This document shows positions 9,817-19,649 of a stretch of DNA of 64,000 nt, piece by piece. Source of the DNA: an uncultured Candidatus Saccharibacteria bacterium (GTDB taxonomy: Bacteria; Patescibacteriota; Minisyncoccia; Phycocordibacterales; EsbW-18); NCBI GenBank assembly GCA_964520295.1, contig CAZFMQ010000001.1, positions 7,048 through 71,047 of the forward strand. Reading direction: 5' to 3'. Made by a program: the position numbers and the translations under genes. Each line of letters opens with the position of its first letter. Position 1 is the stretch's first letter. Under the pieces are notes generated by a model. That model saw only the letters and a program-made list of their open reading frames with translations. It did no database searches and was not told the DNA's origin.

Positions 9817-10158
9817 ATGACACGATCGCTCAAAAAAGGACCATTTATCAACATGAAGTTGATGGCAAAAGTCGCCAAGCAAAAAGCAGGCGGTCCTGCT
9901 ATTCGCACATGGGCACGCGCAAGCGTTATCACGCCAGAAATGCTCGGCTACACCTTTGCAGTACACAACGGCAAGAACTTTATTGACGTATTTGTGACAG
10001 AAGAAATGGTAGGGCACCGTCTCGGTGAGTTTTCACCATCAAAAACATTCAGAAAGCACGGTGGTCAAATGCAGAAAGCACTTGATACTGCTAAGAAAGA
10101 CGCAGAAATTGCAGCAGCGCAAGCCGCTAAGAGTGCAGCAGCTGATAAGAAGAAATAA
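9817..10158 (+). CDS. rpsS: 30S ribosomal protein S19 with Lys/Ala-rich C-terminal extension
   Basis: [11 protein letters not shown]…[35 protein letters not shown]. Confidence 0.9.
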   Translation: MTRSLKKGPFINMKLMAKVAKQKAGGPAIRTWARASVITPEMLGYTFAVHNGKNFIDVFVTEEMVGHRLGEFSPSKTFRKHGGQMQKALDTAKKDAEIAAAQAAKSAAADKKK

Positions 10159-10166
10159 AAGAGCGT

Positions 10167-10604
10167 ATGAAAGTGTATCTTAAAAACTATCGTCAATCAC
10201 CACGAAAAGTTCGCCTCGTTGCGGACATGATTCGTGGTAAGGCAGTGCCACAAGCGCTGACATTGCTCCGTGCAACACCAAAGCGTGCAACGGGCCCGAT
10301 TGAAAAAGCACTTAAGTCAGCAATGGCAAATGCAAAACAGCACGGTGTTGCCGACGTTGAAGCACTCGTTATTTCAGAGATCCGCGTTGATAAGGGCATC
10401 ACGATGCAACGTTATTTGCCACGCGCACAAGGTCGTGCAACTGCATACGACAAACACTCAAGCAACATTATTTTGGTGCTTGGTGAGGCGCAGAAAAAAG
10501 GCAAAAAGGGTGCATCAGCATCAAAAGCGCCCATTGCAAAAACAGTCGCAAAAAAGGTAGCAAAGAAAGCACCAGCAAAGAAATCTGCTAAAGAATCTTC
10601 ATAA
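10167..10604 (+). CDS. rplV: 50S ribosomal protein L22 with Lys-rich C-terminal extension
   Basis: SPRKVRLVADMIRGK…ALTLL…KALKSAMANAK…ISEIRVDKG. Confidence 0.9.
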   Translation: MKVYLKNYRQSPRKVRLVADMIRGKAVPQALTLLRATPKRATGPIEKALKSAMANAKQHGVADVEALVISEIRVDKGITMQRYLPRAQGRATAYDKHSSNIILVLGEAQKKGKKGASASKAPIAKTVAKKVAKKAPAKKSAKESS

Positions 10605-10619
10605 TTTTATTCATATTCT

Positions 10620-11276
10620 ATGACACACAGAGTACATCCATTTGCACATCGCCTCGGCATTCTCCGTGATTGGCAGTCACGCTGGTTTGCACGTGGCGCT
10701 GATTATCGCGCGAACTTGAAAGCAGACGTGCTTATTCGTCGCAAGTTGGCAAAAATGACCGACAAGATGTACGTGTCTGATATTGAAATGGAGCGCCGTG
10801 GTCCACAGCTTCGCGCACTTATCAAAACATCACGCCCCGGTCTTATTATCGGACGCTCAGGTGAGGGTATTGCAAAAATCAAAAAAGAGATGGACCGCTT
10901 CATTGCAAAAGAGGGTCTCACAAATGTTGGTGCACTCAAAATTGATGTTGAAGAAGTAAAATCACCAGAATCACACGCCATGATTGTGGCAGGTATGGTG
11001 AAAGAGGGCATTGAGAAGCGCACCCCATTCCGTCGTGTGCTCAAGCAGACCGTGGACAAAGTGATGGCAAACCGCGACGTGCAAGGTGTTCGCATTACAC
11101 TTTCCGGTCGTCTCGGTGGTGCTGACATGGCACGTCGCGAGCAGTTGAAGCGTGGTCGTATTCCGTTGCAGACCTTGCGTGCGGATATTGATTACGCACA
11201 CGACGAGGCACACATCTCTCAGGGTCAGATTGGTATTCGTGTGTGGATTTACCGAGGTGATATTTTCGCTAAATAG
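10620..11276 (+). CDS. rpsC: 30S ribosomal protein S3
   Basis: KH domain followed by the S3 C-terminal part, RLGGADMARREQLKRGRIPLQTLRADIDYA. Confidence 0.95.
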   Translation: MTHRVHPFAHRLGILRDWQSRWFARGADYRANLKADVLIRRKLAKMTDKMYVSDIEMERRGPQLRALIKTSRPGLIIGRSGEGIAKIKKEMDRFIAKEGLTNVGALKIDVEEVKSPESHAMIVAGMVKEGIEKRTPFRRVLKQTVDKVMANRDVQGVRITLSGRLGGADMARREQLKRGRIPLQTLRADIDYAHDEAHISQGQIGIRVWIYRGDIFAK

Positions 11277-11290
11277 TTTTCAAAACGCAT

Positions 11291-11707
11291 ATGTTGTTTC
11301 CTAAGAAAGTAAAATACCGAAAATGGCAGACAAAGCGCGTCAACCCTAAGAAGGTTGGGGTTGCAAGTCGTGGCACAACAGTGGCATTTGGTTCATTCGG
11401 TTTGAAATCAATGTCTGCACACCGCATCACCTCAAATCAGATTGAAGCGGGTCGTCGCGTGATTCGTCGTGCGCTCGGTAAGAACGGCAACCTGTGGGTA
11501 CGCTTGTTCCCAGATCGCCCGTACACGGCAAAGCCAGCGGAAGTAGGTATGGGTAAGGGAAAGGGTGATCCGAAAGGATTTGTAACGGAAGTACTTCCGG
11601 GACAGGTGCTCTATGAAGTAGATGGCGTATCAGAAGCAGTAGCACGCGAGGTATTGCGTAAGGGTGGTGCAAAAATGCCACTGAAGACAAAAATCGTTGC
11701 ACGTTAG
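11291..11707 (+). CDS. rplP: 50S ribosomal protein L16
   Basis: KYRKWQTKRVNPK…GSFGLKSMSAHRITSNQIEAGRRVIRRAL. Confidence 0.95.
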   Translation: MLFPKKVKYRKWQTKRVNPKKVGVASRGTTVAFGSFGLKSMSAHRITSNQIEAGRRVIRRALGKNGNLWVRLFPDRPYTAKPAEVGMGKGKGDPKGFVTEVLPGQVLYEVDGVSEAVAREVLRKGGAKMPLKTKIVAR

Positions 11708-11736
11708 GTATTTTTTGGGTAGTATCACACGGACAT

Positions 11737-11925
11737 ATGGCAAAGAAACAGAATTACAAAAACATGACAGACAAAGACCTTATCGCACTCGTTGGCGAGA
11801 AGCGTGAGGCAATGCGTCAGGTTCGTTTCGCTACGTCATCAAGTCGCGGTCGTGATGTGAAGCAGTTGCGTGAAAGCAAGAAAGACATCGCGCGTGCGCT
11901 CACCGAACTCTCATCTCGTGCATAA
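11737..11925 (+). CDS. rpmC: 50S ribosomal protein L29
   Basis: 62 aa; DLIALVGEKREAMRQVRFA; operon position. Confidence 0.9.
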   Translation: MAKKQNYKNMTDKDLIALVGEKREAMRQVRFATSSSRGRDVKQLRESKKDIARALTELSSRA

Positions 11926-11932
11926 TCATTCT

Positions 11933-12172
11933 ATGGAAACTACAGTAAAAAAACCAAAAATCCTCAAGGGTGTTGTTGTGTCAGACAAAATGAAAGACAC
12001 GATTGTTGTTGCGGTACAGCGCTACATCAAGCACGCAAAGTACGGCAAGTACCTCAAGCGCCAGAAACGATACAAGGCACACGATGCGGGTAACACCAAG
12101 CGTATGGGGGAGATTGTGTCTATTATTGAGACCGCACCTATCTCAAAAGACAAGCACTTCAAAGTGATGTAA
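11933..12172 (+). CDS. rpsQ: 30S ribosomal protein S17
   Basis: [31 protein letters not shown]…; the internal ATG at 11933 was chosen over the overlapping ORF start at 11870. Confidence 0.9.
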   Translation: METTVKKPKILKGVVVSDKMKDTIVVAVQRYIKHAKYGKYLKRQKRYKAHDAGNTKRMGEIVSIIETAPISKDKHFKVM

Positions 12173-12185
12173 TTATTTTAATACT

Positions 12186-12557
12186 ATGATTCAACCACGT
12201 TCCATCGTTCAAATTGCAGACAACTCCGGCGCAAAAATCGGACGTGTGTTTAAGGTGCTCGGCGGGAGCAAGCGCCGCTACGCTGAAATCGGCGATAAAA
12301 TTGTAATGTCAATTCAGGTTGCAGAGCCACGTAAAGCAACAAAGAAGAAGGATGTGGTACACGCTGTTGTGGTTCGTCAGAAAAAAGCATTTCGTCGCAA
12401 GGACGGTTCATACGTTCGCTTTGACGAAAACGCAGTGGTGATTGTTGATAAGGTAAAGCCAGAACCAAAGGCAAACCGTATTTTCGGTCCGGTACCACGC
12501 GAGCTCGGTGAGCGTGGCTTCCAGAAAATCGTTTCACTTGCGCCAGAGGTTGTATAA
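12186..12557 (+). CDS. rplN: 50S ribosomal protein L14
   Basis: [17 protein letters not shown]…[12 protein letters not shown]. Confidence 0.95.
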   Translation: MIQPRSIVQIADNSGAKIGRVFKVLGGSKRRYAEIGDKIVMSIQVAEPRKATKKKDVVHAVVVRQKKAFRRKDGSYVRFDENAVVIVDKVKPEPKANRIFGPVPRELGERGFQKIVSLAPEVV

Positions 12558-12561
12558 CTAT

Positions 12562-12777
12562 ATGCACGTAAAAAAAGGAGACAAAGTAAAAGTGATTGCA
12601 GGTAAGGACAAAGGTGCGTCAGGCACCATTGTGCGCGCATTCCCAAAGAAGAACCTCGTACTTATTGAGGGTATCAACCGCGTAAAGCGCCATCAGCGTG
12701 CAAATCGCAAAAACAACAAAGGTCAGATTGTAGAGAAGGCAATGCCGCTACACGTTTCAAACGTGACTAAAGCATAA
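12562..12777 (+). CDS. rplX: 50S ribosomal protein L24
   Basis: [39 protein letters not shown]; internal start chosen. Confidence 0.9.
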   Translation: MHVKKGDKVKVIAGKDKGASGTIVRAFPKKNLVLIEGINRVKRHQRANRKNNKGQIVEKAMPLHVSNVTKA

Positions 12778-12785
12778 CGATATAT

Positions 12786-13325
12786 ATGATTACGGTACAA
12801 GAAAAACAGAAAAAAGCATTTGGTGAATTGAAAGAGCAACTCAACATTGCCAACGTTATGGCACTTCCTAAAATTGAGAAGGTGATTGTGTCAGTGGGTG
12901 TCGGTTCAGTGAAGGACAAGCACAGAATTGAAGTGATTCAAGATCGTCTTGAAAAAATTACGGGCCAAAAGTCAGTGAGCCGTGTTGCAAAACAATCTAT
13001 CGCGTCATTCAAACTTCGTGAAGGTCAGACCATCGGCTACCAAACAACGCTTCGTGGTCAGCGCATGTACGATTTTTTGGATCGTTTGTTCAACATTGCA
13101 CTCGCACGTACACGCGACTTCCGTGGTATTGATAGAAAATCAGTTGACCCCATGGGCAATCTCTCCATTGGTATTCGTGAGCACTCTATTTTCCCAGAAA
13201 CAGCAGATGAAGAAGCACGCGATGTATTTGGTTTCGCCATCACAATTGTAACGACTGCAAAGAATAAAAAAGATGCAGAGGCATATCTTGAGTACATTGG
13301 TGTGCCGTTCAAAAAGGCAAGCTAA
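12786..13325 (+). CDS. rplE: 50S ribosomal protein L5
   Basis: DFRGIDRKSVDPMGNLSIGIREHSIFPE. Confidence 0.95.
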   Translation: MITVQEKQKKAFGELKEQLNIANVMALPKIEKVIVSVGVGSVKDKHRIEVIQDRLEKITGQKSVSRVAKQSIASFKLREGQTIGYQTTLRGQRMYDFLDRLFNIALARTRDFRGIDRKSVDPMGNLSIGIREHSIFPETADEEARDVFGFAITIVTTAKNKKDAEAYLEYIGVPFKKAS

Positions 13326-13337
13326 ACATGTAATAAA

Positions 13338-13378
13338 GAGCCCGAATCCCGCCGTGTCGGGATTCGGGCTCTTTTGTT
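13338..13378 (+). terminator. Rho-independent terminator after rplE; its T-tract overlaps a TTGACA -35-like box
   Basis: AGAGCCCGAATCCCGCCGTGTCGGGATTCGGGCTCTTTTGTTGACA. Confidence 0.5.
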
Positions 13379-13468
13379 GACAGGGACATGTGCCGCATGT
13401 ACTCTGCCCGCAGAACAGTGTTCATTTATAGTGCTACACACACGGGCAATACAGCCCAAGGGAGAAAT

Positions 13469-14020
13469 ATGGCTATCAAAAGTCCCACGCTTTCGGACAG
13501 GCAGATGCAGAAGTTCATCAAAAAGATCGGCGGGAAGGATGTTATCATCGGCATCCTCAATGGCTCGTTGCAGTGCAGAGTTGAAACGGTGGAAACGCAG
13601 ATGCGTGGTTGTATTACCCGATACGTTCACGTAGATCGCACTAGAACACCGCGACAGGTCCTCAAGGCGACGGGGCGGAAGCAGTACGTTGAGAAGAGCG
13701 CTCTTGCTACGATGCCGCGAGGTGAGGGGCAATGCGTTGAGATGATTTTCTTCAAGCTCGGCCACTTCATCTCCGATGATGACCTCGCAAAAGAGTACTA
13801 TCTCCGTGACTTGTCACCTGATCCGTACGCTCAGGCGGCCATCAACGCAGCAGACCCCGCCTTCGCTTACTTCTATCCCAACTGCACACACTGGATAGGC
13901 GTTGCTGGTCGATGGTGCTTCGCAACTTTTTACGAGAGCGTCATGGCCAAGCGAGGAGTGAACATTGGCCACGACAGTGCTGGTTGGAGTGGCAACTGGT
14001 GGTTCGGTGGTCGCCGCTGA
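13469..14020 (+). CDS. Hypothetical 183-aa protein inserted into the spc r-protein operon
   Basis: Reads MAIKSPTLSDRQMQKFIKKIGGKDVIIGILNG…NCTHWIGVAGRWCFATFYESV…GHDSAGWSGNWWFGGRR. SD AGGGAGAAAT upstream. Bracketed by terminators. Visibly higher G+C than the flanking r-protein genes. No family recognised. Confidence 0.45.
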   Translation: MAIKSPTLSDRQMQKFIKKIGGKDVIIGILNGSLQCRVETVETQMRGCITRYVHVDRTRTPRQVLKATGRKQYVEKSALATMPRGEGQCVEMIFFKLGHFISDDDLAKEYYLRDLSPDPYAQAAINAADPAFAYFYPNCTHWIGVAGRWCFATFYESVMAKRGVNIGHDSAGWSGNWWFGGRR

Positions 14021-14037
14021 GCACTACTCGTTTTTTT

Positions 14038-14080
14038 GCCCCGCTATTCCGAGATTTCGGAATGGCGGGGCGTTTTCTTT
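14038..14080 (+). terminator. Rho-independent terminator after the inserted gene
   Basis: CCCCGCTATTCCGAGATTTCGGAATGGCGGGG followed by a T-tract. Near-identical hairpin core to the one at 38514-38551. Confidence 0.5.
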
Positions 14081-14287
14081 TGCTTCAGGTGCTCAGTTCC
14101 ACGCTTCCTTGCCCTTTTTCTCCACCTCTGGTAGTATGTGAGGGCTTCAGTTTTTGGAGCTTGTCCTACAGAGCAATACGCACCGTAGGAGACAACGCCT
14201 CACCGCCTGCCAGCCGCCAAGCATACATCGTATCGCTTAGCCATGGGCACGCTCCCGAGGCACTTTCATTTTGGATATACATACAAT

Positions 14288-14557
14288 ATGGCACGTAAAG
14301 CAATAGTTGCACGAGACAAAAAACGCGCAGATATGCGCGCACGGAACGCAGAAAAGCGTGCCGCTTTGAAGGAGTCACACGACTACGAAAAACTGCAGAC
14401 ACTCAAGAAGAACGCATCACCGGTACGCACGAAGCACCGCTGTTTTAAGTGCGGTCGTCCACGTGGCTACATGCGTGAATTCGGTTTGTGCCGTATTTGT
14501 TTCCGTGAACTCGCAAACCGCGGTCAGATTCCGGGTATTAAGAAAGCAAGCTGGTAA
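14288..14557 (+). CDS. rpsN: 30S ribosomal protein S14, zinc-binding type Z
   Basis: [25 protein letters not shown]: the CxxC…CxxC motif. Confidence 0.9.
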   Translation: MARKAIVARDKKRADMRARNAEKRAALKESHDYEKLQTLKKNASPVRTKHRCFKCGRPRGYMREFGLCRICFRELANRGQIPGIKKASW

Positions 14558-14565
14558 TTTTTCAT

Positions 14566-14955
14566 ATGACTACTGATCCTATTGCAAACTTCATTACCGC
14601 ACTCTCAAATGCCGCTCGCGCAGGCAAAGAGACCGTTGTGATCCACCGTTCAGCTATCAAAGAGGCAATCGCAAAAACTCTCAAGGGTGCCGGCTACCTC
14701 TCACAAGTGTCTTTGAAGGGCAAAAACGATAACAAGATTGAAGCAACACTTACGTACGCCGGCGGAGAAGCAAAGATTCATGGTGTGAAGCGCCTTTCAC
14801 GTCCAGGCAAGCGCATGTACGTTAGTGCAAGTGAAATTACACCTGTACGCCAAGGATACGGTCATCTTATTTTGACGACACCACAAGGAGTGCTCACTGG
14901 TCAGGATGCACGCAAGAAACACATTGGTGGGGAAGTATTGTTTGAAATCTGGTAA
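14566..14955 (+). CDS. rpsH: 30S ribosomal protein S8
   Basis: TDPIANFITALSNAARAGKETV; LTTPQGVLTGQDARKKHIGGEVL. Confidence 0.95.
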   Translation: MTTDPIANFITALSNAARAGKETVVIHRSAIKEAIAKTLKGAGYLSQVSLKGKNDNKIEATLTYAGGEAKIHGVKRLSRPGKRMYVSASEITPVRQGYGHLILTTPQGVLTGQDARKKHIGGEVLFEIW

Positions 14956-14960
14956 ATCAT

Positions 14961-15494
14961 ATGTCACGTATTGGTCGTCAAAAAATTGAAATTCCAGCAG
15001 GTACAACCGTTACAAACGAGAACGGCATGCTTACGGTTACTGGTCCAAAAGGAACACTCTCACGTGCATTCCGTAGTGATATTGCCATCAGCATTGAAGA
15101 CGGCGTCATAACACTTGCGCCAAAGAAAGAGGGCAAGCAGACAGGCGCACTTTGGGGTACATACGGCTCACACATTCAGAACATGGTTGAGGGTGTGAAC
15201 AAAGGATACGAAAAGAAACTTATTCTTGAGGGTGTGGGCTTTCGTATTGAGGTAAAGGGCAAAGAGCTTGTGATGGCACTTGGTTTTTCACACCCTGTGG
15301 TCGTTGCAATTCCAGACGGTCTCACCGTCACATCAGAAAAGAACATCACCACGTTTTCAGGTATTGATAAGGAACTTGTAGGACAATTCAGCGCAAAGAT
15401 TCGCGCACTCAAGAAGCCAGAGCCATACAAGGGTAAAGGGTTCCGATTTGAAGGTGAAGTTATCCGTCGTAAGGAGGGAAAACGCGCAGCGTAA
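14961..15494 (+). CDS. rplF: 50S ribosomal protein L6
   Basis: SRIGRQKIEIPAGTTV…LTVTGPKGTLSRAF; two L6 repeats. Confidence 0.95.
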   Translation: MSRIGRQKIEIPAGTTVTNENGMLTVTGPKGTLSRAFRSDIAISIEDGVITLAPKKEGKQTGALWGTYGSHIQNMVEGVNKGYEKKLILEGVGFRIEVKGKELVMALGFSHPVVVAIPDGLTVTSEKNITTFSGIDKELVGQFSAKIRALKKPEPYKGKGFRFEGEVIRRKEGKRAA

Positions 15495-15513
15495 TGTAGC
15501 ATAGACACACGAT

Positions 15514-15858
15514 ATGACAGCTCACAACAAAAAAGAACAACGAGTACGTCGCCGCGCGCGCATTCGCGCAAAGGTTTCAGGTACCAGCGAGCGTCCTCGC
15601 ATGGCAGTATTTCGTTCAAATACTGCGCTTTCTGTACAGCTCATTGATGATGAGCGTGGCGCAACACTAATTGCAGGCTCAACACGTGGCATGAAAGGCA
15701 AGCCATCTGAAAATGCGCGTGCGCTCGGTGCAGAGATTGCGAAAGCAGCGAAGGATAAAAAAATTACACAGGTCGTATTTGATCGAGGAGGATTTTCATA
15801 CGCAGGCAGCATTGCAGCAATTGCAGAAGGTGCACGCGCAGAAGGTCTCACACTGTAA
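15514..15858 (+). CDS. rplR: 50S ribosomal protein L18
   Basis: RRRARIRAKVSGTSERPRMAVFRSN…IDDERGATL…GFSYAGSIAAIAEGARAEGL. Confidence 0.9.
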   Translation: MTAHNKKEQRVRRRARIRAKVSGTSERPRMAVFRSNTALSVQLIDDERGATLIAGSTRGMKGKPSENARALGAEIAKAAKDKKITQVVFDRGGFSYAGSIAAIAEGARAEGLTL

Positions 15859-16499
15859 TGTATATGTCAGACCAAACACACACAAAAGAAAAAGAGATGG
15901 ACACGACAGTTGTTGCAACTGATGTTGCGACAACAGCTGATACCACAACACAGGAAGGTGGGGAGCGTGCGCGCACAGAACGTGGTGGACGCTTTGCCAA
16001 GAACCCACGTCGTCGTCCGCGCGCACGCACAGAACGCGTGAAGCCAGAGTTTGATCAGCGTATCATCAGCATTCGTCGCGTAACCCGCGTGGTATCAGGT
16101 GGTCGCCGTTTCTCATTCTCTGTCTGTGTGGTTGCGGGTAACCACCGCGGTCAAGTTGGTGTCGGCACCGGTAAAGCAGGTGACACTGCATTGGCAGTGG
16201 AGAAGGCATACCGTAGCGCACTCAAGCACAAGATTGACATCGCAAAGACAGATACCAACTCAATTCCGCACGAAGTACAGGCAAAGTACAGCAGTGGTAT
16301 TGTAAAATTGTACCCAGCACCAGGTCGTGGTCTTATTGCGGGTGGTGCAGTACGTGACGTGTTGGAGCTCGCAGGTTTGTCAGGTATTGGTGCAAAAATT
16401 CTTTCACGCAGTCACAACAAGCTCAACAATGCGTGTGCAACTATCAAAGCGTTGTCACAACTCCAGCAACCAAAGCGTTCAGCTAAGAAACCAGAATAA
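15858..16499 (+). CDS. rpsE: 30S ribosomal protein S5 with ~60-aa N-terminal extension
   Basis: RVTRVVSGGRRFSFSVCVVAGNHRGQVGVGTGKAGDTALAVEKA. Confidence 0.9.
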   Translation: MYMSDQTHTKEKEMDTTVVATDVATTADTTTQEGGERARTERGGRFAKNPRRRPRARTERVKPEFDQRIISIRRVTRVVSGGRRFSFSVCVVAGNHRGQVGVGTGKAGDTALAVEKAYRSALKHKIDIAKTDTNSIPHEVQAKYSSGIVKLYPAPGRGLIAGGAVRDVLELAGLSGIGAKILSRSHNKLNNACATIKALSQLQQPKRSAKKPE

Positions 16500-16505
16500 A
16501 CTCGT

Positions 16506-16955
16506 ATGCAACTTCACGAACTCAAAAGAAAAACACCAAACACCAAAGCACGTCGCGTCGGACGTGGTGGTAAGCGTGGTAAAACAGCTGGCCGCGGTAC
16601 AAAAGGTCAGAAAGCACGTGCAGGTCACCGCATTCGTCCAGAGTTTCGCGACATGATTAAGAAATTGCCGAAGCGTCGTGGATACGGTAAGCACCGCGCA
16701 ACCTCTACTATTGGCGGACGCATTGCACCATTTGCACTTGATATTCGTGCCCTTGATACTGCATTTGCATCAGGTGACACTGTCACTATGGCATCACTTG
16801 TGGAAAAGAAACTTATTCCAACACGCGGAGGAAAGATGCCTGCAGTCAAAATTCTTGGAAACGCACCAGTTGCACACAAGCTCACCATCTCTGGTGTTCC
16901 TGTGTCAGCGACTGTAAAGAAGGCAATTGAGAAGGCGGGTGGCAGCGTTGCATAA
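16506..16955 (+). CDS. rplO: 50S ribosomal protein L15. No L30 gene lies between rpsE and rplO.
   Basis: LHELKRKTPNTKARRVGRGGKRGKTAGRGTKGQKARAG. Confidence 0.9.
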   Translation: MQLHELKRKTPNTKARRVGRGGKRGKTAGRGTKGQKARAGHRIRPEFRDMIKKLPKRRGYGKHRATSTIGGRIAPFALDIRALDTAFASGDTVTMASLVEKKLIPTRGGKMPAVKILGNAPVAHKLTISGVPVSATVKKAIEKAGGSVA

Positions 16956-16957
16956 CT

Positions 16958-18229
16958 ATGGGAAATTTTTTCAATAAACTGAAAATTGTTGTCGGCGATC
17001 GACAGTTGCGTTCGCGCATGTTGTTTGTGCTCGGCATTCTCGGTTTGTCCCGCGTCTTCGCTGCTATTCCAATTCCTGGTATTGATACCGTAGCGCTTGC
17101 GCAATTTTTCTCAAACAATCAATTCTTCGGATTCCTCAACCTCTTTTCGGGTGGTGGTCTTTCAGGTCTTTCTATTGTGATGCTCGGTGTGGCTCCGTAC
17201 ATTACGGCGTCCATCATCATGCAGTTGTTCACCGTGCTTTCCCCTCGCTTGAAAGCAATGTTCCACGAAGAAGGGCAGGCAGGCCGTCGCCGTGTATCAC
17301 AGTACTCCCGCTTACTTTCTGTACCACTTGCAGCACTGTCAGCATTTGGTTTTATCATGTTGCTCCAGCGCAACGGTATTCTTGCACCACTCTCATCGCT
17401 TGATTTGATTACCAACATCATTGTGGTCATTGGTGGTGCTGTATTGATGATGTGGCTCGGTGAACTGATTTCTGAATTCGGCATCGGCAACGGCGTCTCA
17501 CTCCTCATTTTTGCAGGTATTATTTCAAGTTTTCCAACTGCACTGCAACAGCTGGCGTTCACCTTTACCCCTGAGCAAATTCCTGCATACATCGGCTTCC
17601 TCGTAGCAGCCGTCATTACGGTGTTGGGTGTGGTGGTGGTGACAGAAGCAGAGCGTCCTATTCCGGTTACGTACGCAAAGCAGGTGCGCGGTAACCGCGT
17701 ATACGGCGGTGTATCCACATACTTGCCGTTGCGTATCAATCAGGCGGGTGTGATGCCAATTATTTTTGCGCTCTCAATCTTGTTGTTCCCGGGCATGATT
17801 GCAAACTTTCTTTCAGGGGTTGCGAATCCACTCGTGCAGAAGATTGTGCTCCTCATTAATGGTTTTCTGAATAATTTGCTCTGGTACGGTATTGCATACT
17901 TCGTACTTGTGTTCTTGTTCACGTACTTCTATACGACTGTTACGTTTGATCCAGACGCATTGTCAAAGAACTTGCAGCGTTCAGGTGCATTCATTCCTGG
18001 TGTTCGTCCTGGTGCATCAACCTCAACGCACATTGCAAACATTCTGACGCGCCTCACGTTGCTCGGCGCTCTCTTCCTCGGTCTCATTGCAATTTTGCCG
18101 CTTATTATGCAGTCAATTACAGGTATTACCTCCATTGCCATCGGTGGTACCGGTTTGCTCATTGCGGTGTCAGTGGTAGTTGATCTTGTTAAGAAAATTG
18201 AAGCACAGGTATCGCTTCGCGAATACTAA
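16958..18229 (+). CDS. secY: Preprotein translocase subunit SecY
   Basis: 10 TM helices; GIDT…FSGGGLSGLSI…GVAPYITASIIMQL; operon position. Confidence 0.95.
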   Translation: MGNFFNKLKIVVGDRQLRSRMLFVLGILGLSRVFAAIPIPGIDTVALAQFFSNNQFFGFLNLFSGGGLSGLSIVMLGVAPYITASIIMQLFTVLSPRLKAMFHEEGQAGRRRVSQYSRLLSVPLAALSAFGFIMLLQRNGILAPLSSLDLITNIIVVIGGAVLMMWLGELISEFGIGNGVSLLIFAGIISSFPTALQQLAFTFTPEQIPAYIGFLVAAVITVLGVVVVTEAERPIPVTYAKQVRGNRVYGGVSTYLPLRINQAGVMPIIFALSILLFPGMIANFLSGVANPLVQKIVLLINGFLNNLLWYGIAYFVLVFLFTYFYTTVTFDPDALSKNLQRSGAFIPGVRPGASTSTHIANILTRLTLLGALFLGLIAILPLIMQSITGITSIAIGGTGLLIAVSVVVDLVKKIEAQVSLREY

Positions 18230-18309
18230 AATTAAAATCGGCAAAAGACACAACGAGAGACCGAAACGCCCAGTGGTGTTTCGGTCTCTTTTGTTGTTAT
18301 ACTTGAGCC

Positions 18310-18876
18310 ATGCAATACAACACCATTGTCATTTTAGGTAAGCCGGGTTCTGGGAAGGGCACACAGGCGGCCCTGTTGTCGGAGAAGGCGGGTTTCCCTG
18401 TGTTTGCGGCATCAGCGCGTCTCAAAGAGTTGGCGCAATCGCATCCTGACATTGGTCAAGAGATTTTGGAGAGCATGCACCAAGGCGTGCTCGTGCCTCA
18501 TTGGATTATGTCGTACTTGTGGATTTCAGAGATGGTGGCACTCGGGCACCACGGCGGTATTATTTTTGATGGCGCGGTGCGCAAGCTTGAGGAAGCAAAA
18601 TTATTTCATGAAGTGATGACGTGGTTGAAGCGTTCATACACGGTTGTGTATCTGAATATTTCAAATGAAGAATTGTACGATCGTCTTTCTAAGCGTGCAG
18701 GGATTGAAGGACGTGCTGACGACACTGAAGAAGTTATCAAAAAACGTTTGATTGAGTACGATGAAAATACGCAAGATTCACTCACGTTCTTTAAAGAGCA
18801 AGGAACGTTGAAAGAAATAGACGGGGAAGGAAGTGTTGAGGAGATTCATGAGCGCATTATGCAGGTCCTGATATAG
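18310..18876 (+). CDS. adk: Adenylate kinase
   Basis: ILGKPGSGKGTQA P-loop; follows secY. Confidence 0.85.
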   Translation: MQYNTIVILGKPGSGKGTQAALLSEKAGFPVFAASARLKELAQSHPDIGQEILESMHQGVLVPHWIMSYLWISEMVALGHHGGIIFDGAVRKLEEAKLFHEVMTWLKRSYTVVYLNISNEELYDRLSKRAGIEGRADDTEEVIKKRLIEYDENTQDSLTFFKEQGTLKEIDGEGSVEEIHERIMQVLI

Positions 18877-18877
18877 T

Positions 18878-19645
18878 ATGAATTTTATCAAAGCACCAGA
18901 AGATATCGGGCATATTCGCGAAGCAGGAAAGCGCCTCGCGCGCATTCTTCGTGTGGTTGGCGAACACGCCACGGCGGGTACGACAACGCAGGCACTCAAT
19001 GACATGTGTGAGCATCTCATCCGTGAAGGTGGTGATACACCCGCATTTCTCAATTACAAACCCGATGGCGCATCCCGTCCATTTCCCGCAACGCTGTGCG
19101 TGTCTATAAATGATGAGGCGGTGCATGGTATCCCATCTCCGACACGTGTATTGCGTGATGGTGATATGGTGAGTTTAGATGCGGGGCTTATACACAACGG
19201 ATGCATTGCAGATATGTGCATCACCGTTCCTGTTGGTGTCGTTGATGCACAAGCACAGCATCTGATTGCTGTTACAAAAGATGCGCTATTCAAAGGTATT
19301 GCCGTTGCACGCGGTGGTGCACATACGGGCGACATTGGGCGTGCCATTGAACCATTCGTATTGGATGCGGGATTTGAAGTGGTGGCTGATTTGGGTGGAC
19401 ATGGGGTTGGCTACGCAGTACATGAGGTGCCACATATTTTTCACATTGCCTTAAAAGGAAAAGGTGATGTATTGGAGCCGGGTATGGTTATTACTATTGA
19501 GCCAACAGTTGCCGAAGGTGCAGGAGAGGTAGAGATTGCAGAAGATCAATGGACGTACCGTACCATAGATGGTTCACGCACTGCTCAATGGGAGCATACT
19601 ATCCTCATTACCGATGGCGACCCAGAGATTTTGACGCTAGAATAG
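18878..19645 (+). CDS. map: Methionine aminopeptidase, type I
   Basis: Pita-bread fold; metal-ligand context D…D…H…E…E (for example SLDAGLIHNG, HGVGYAVHE, ITIEP). Confidence 0.85.
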   Translation: MNFIKAPEDIGHIREAGKRLARILRVVGEHATAGTTTQALNDMCEHLIREGGDTPAFLNYKPDGASRPFPATLCVSINDEAVHGIPSPTRVLRDGDMVSLDAGLIHNGCIADMCITVPVGVVDAQAQHLIAVTKDALFKGIAVARGGAHTGDIGRAIEPFVLDAGFEVVADLGGHGVGYAVHEVPHIFHIALKGKGDVLEPGMVITIEPTVAEGAGEVEIAEDQWTYRTIDGSRTAQWEHTILITDGDPEILTLE

Positions 19646-19649
19646 TAGT

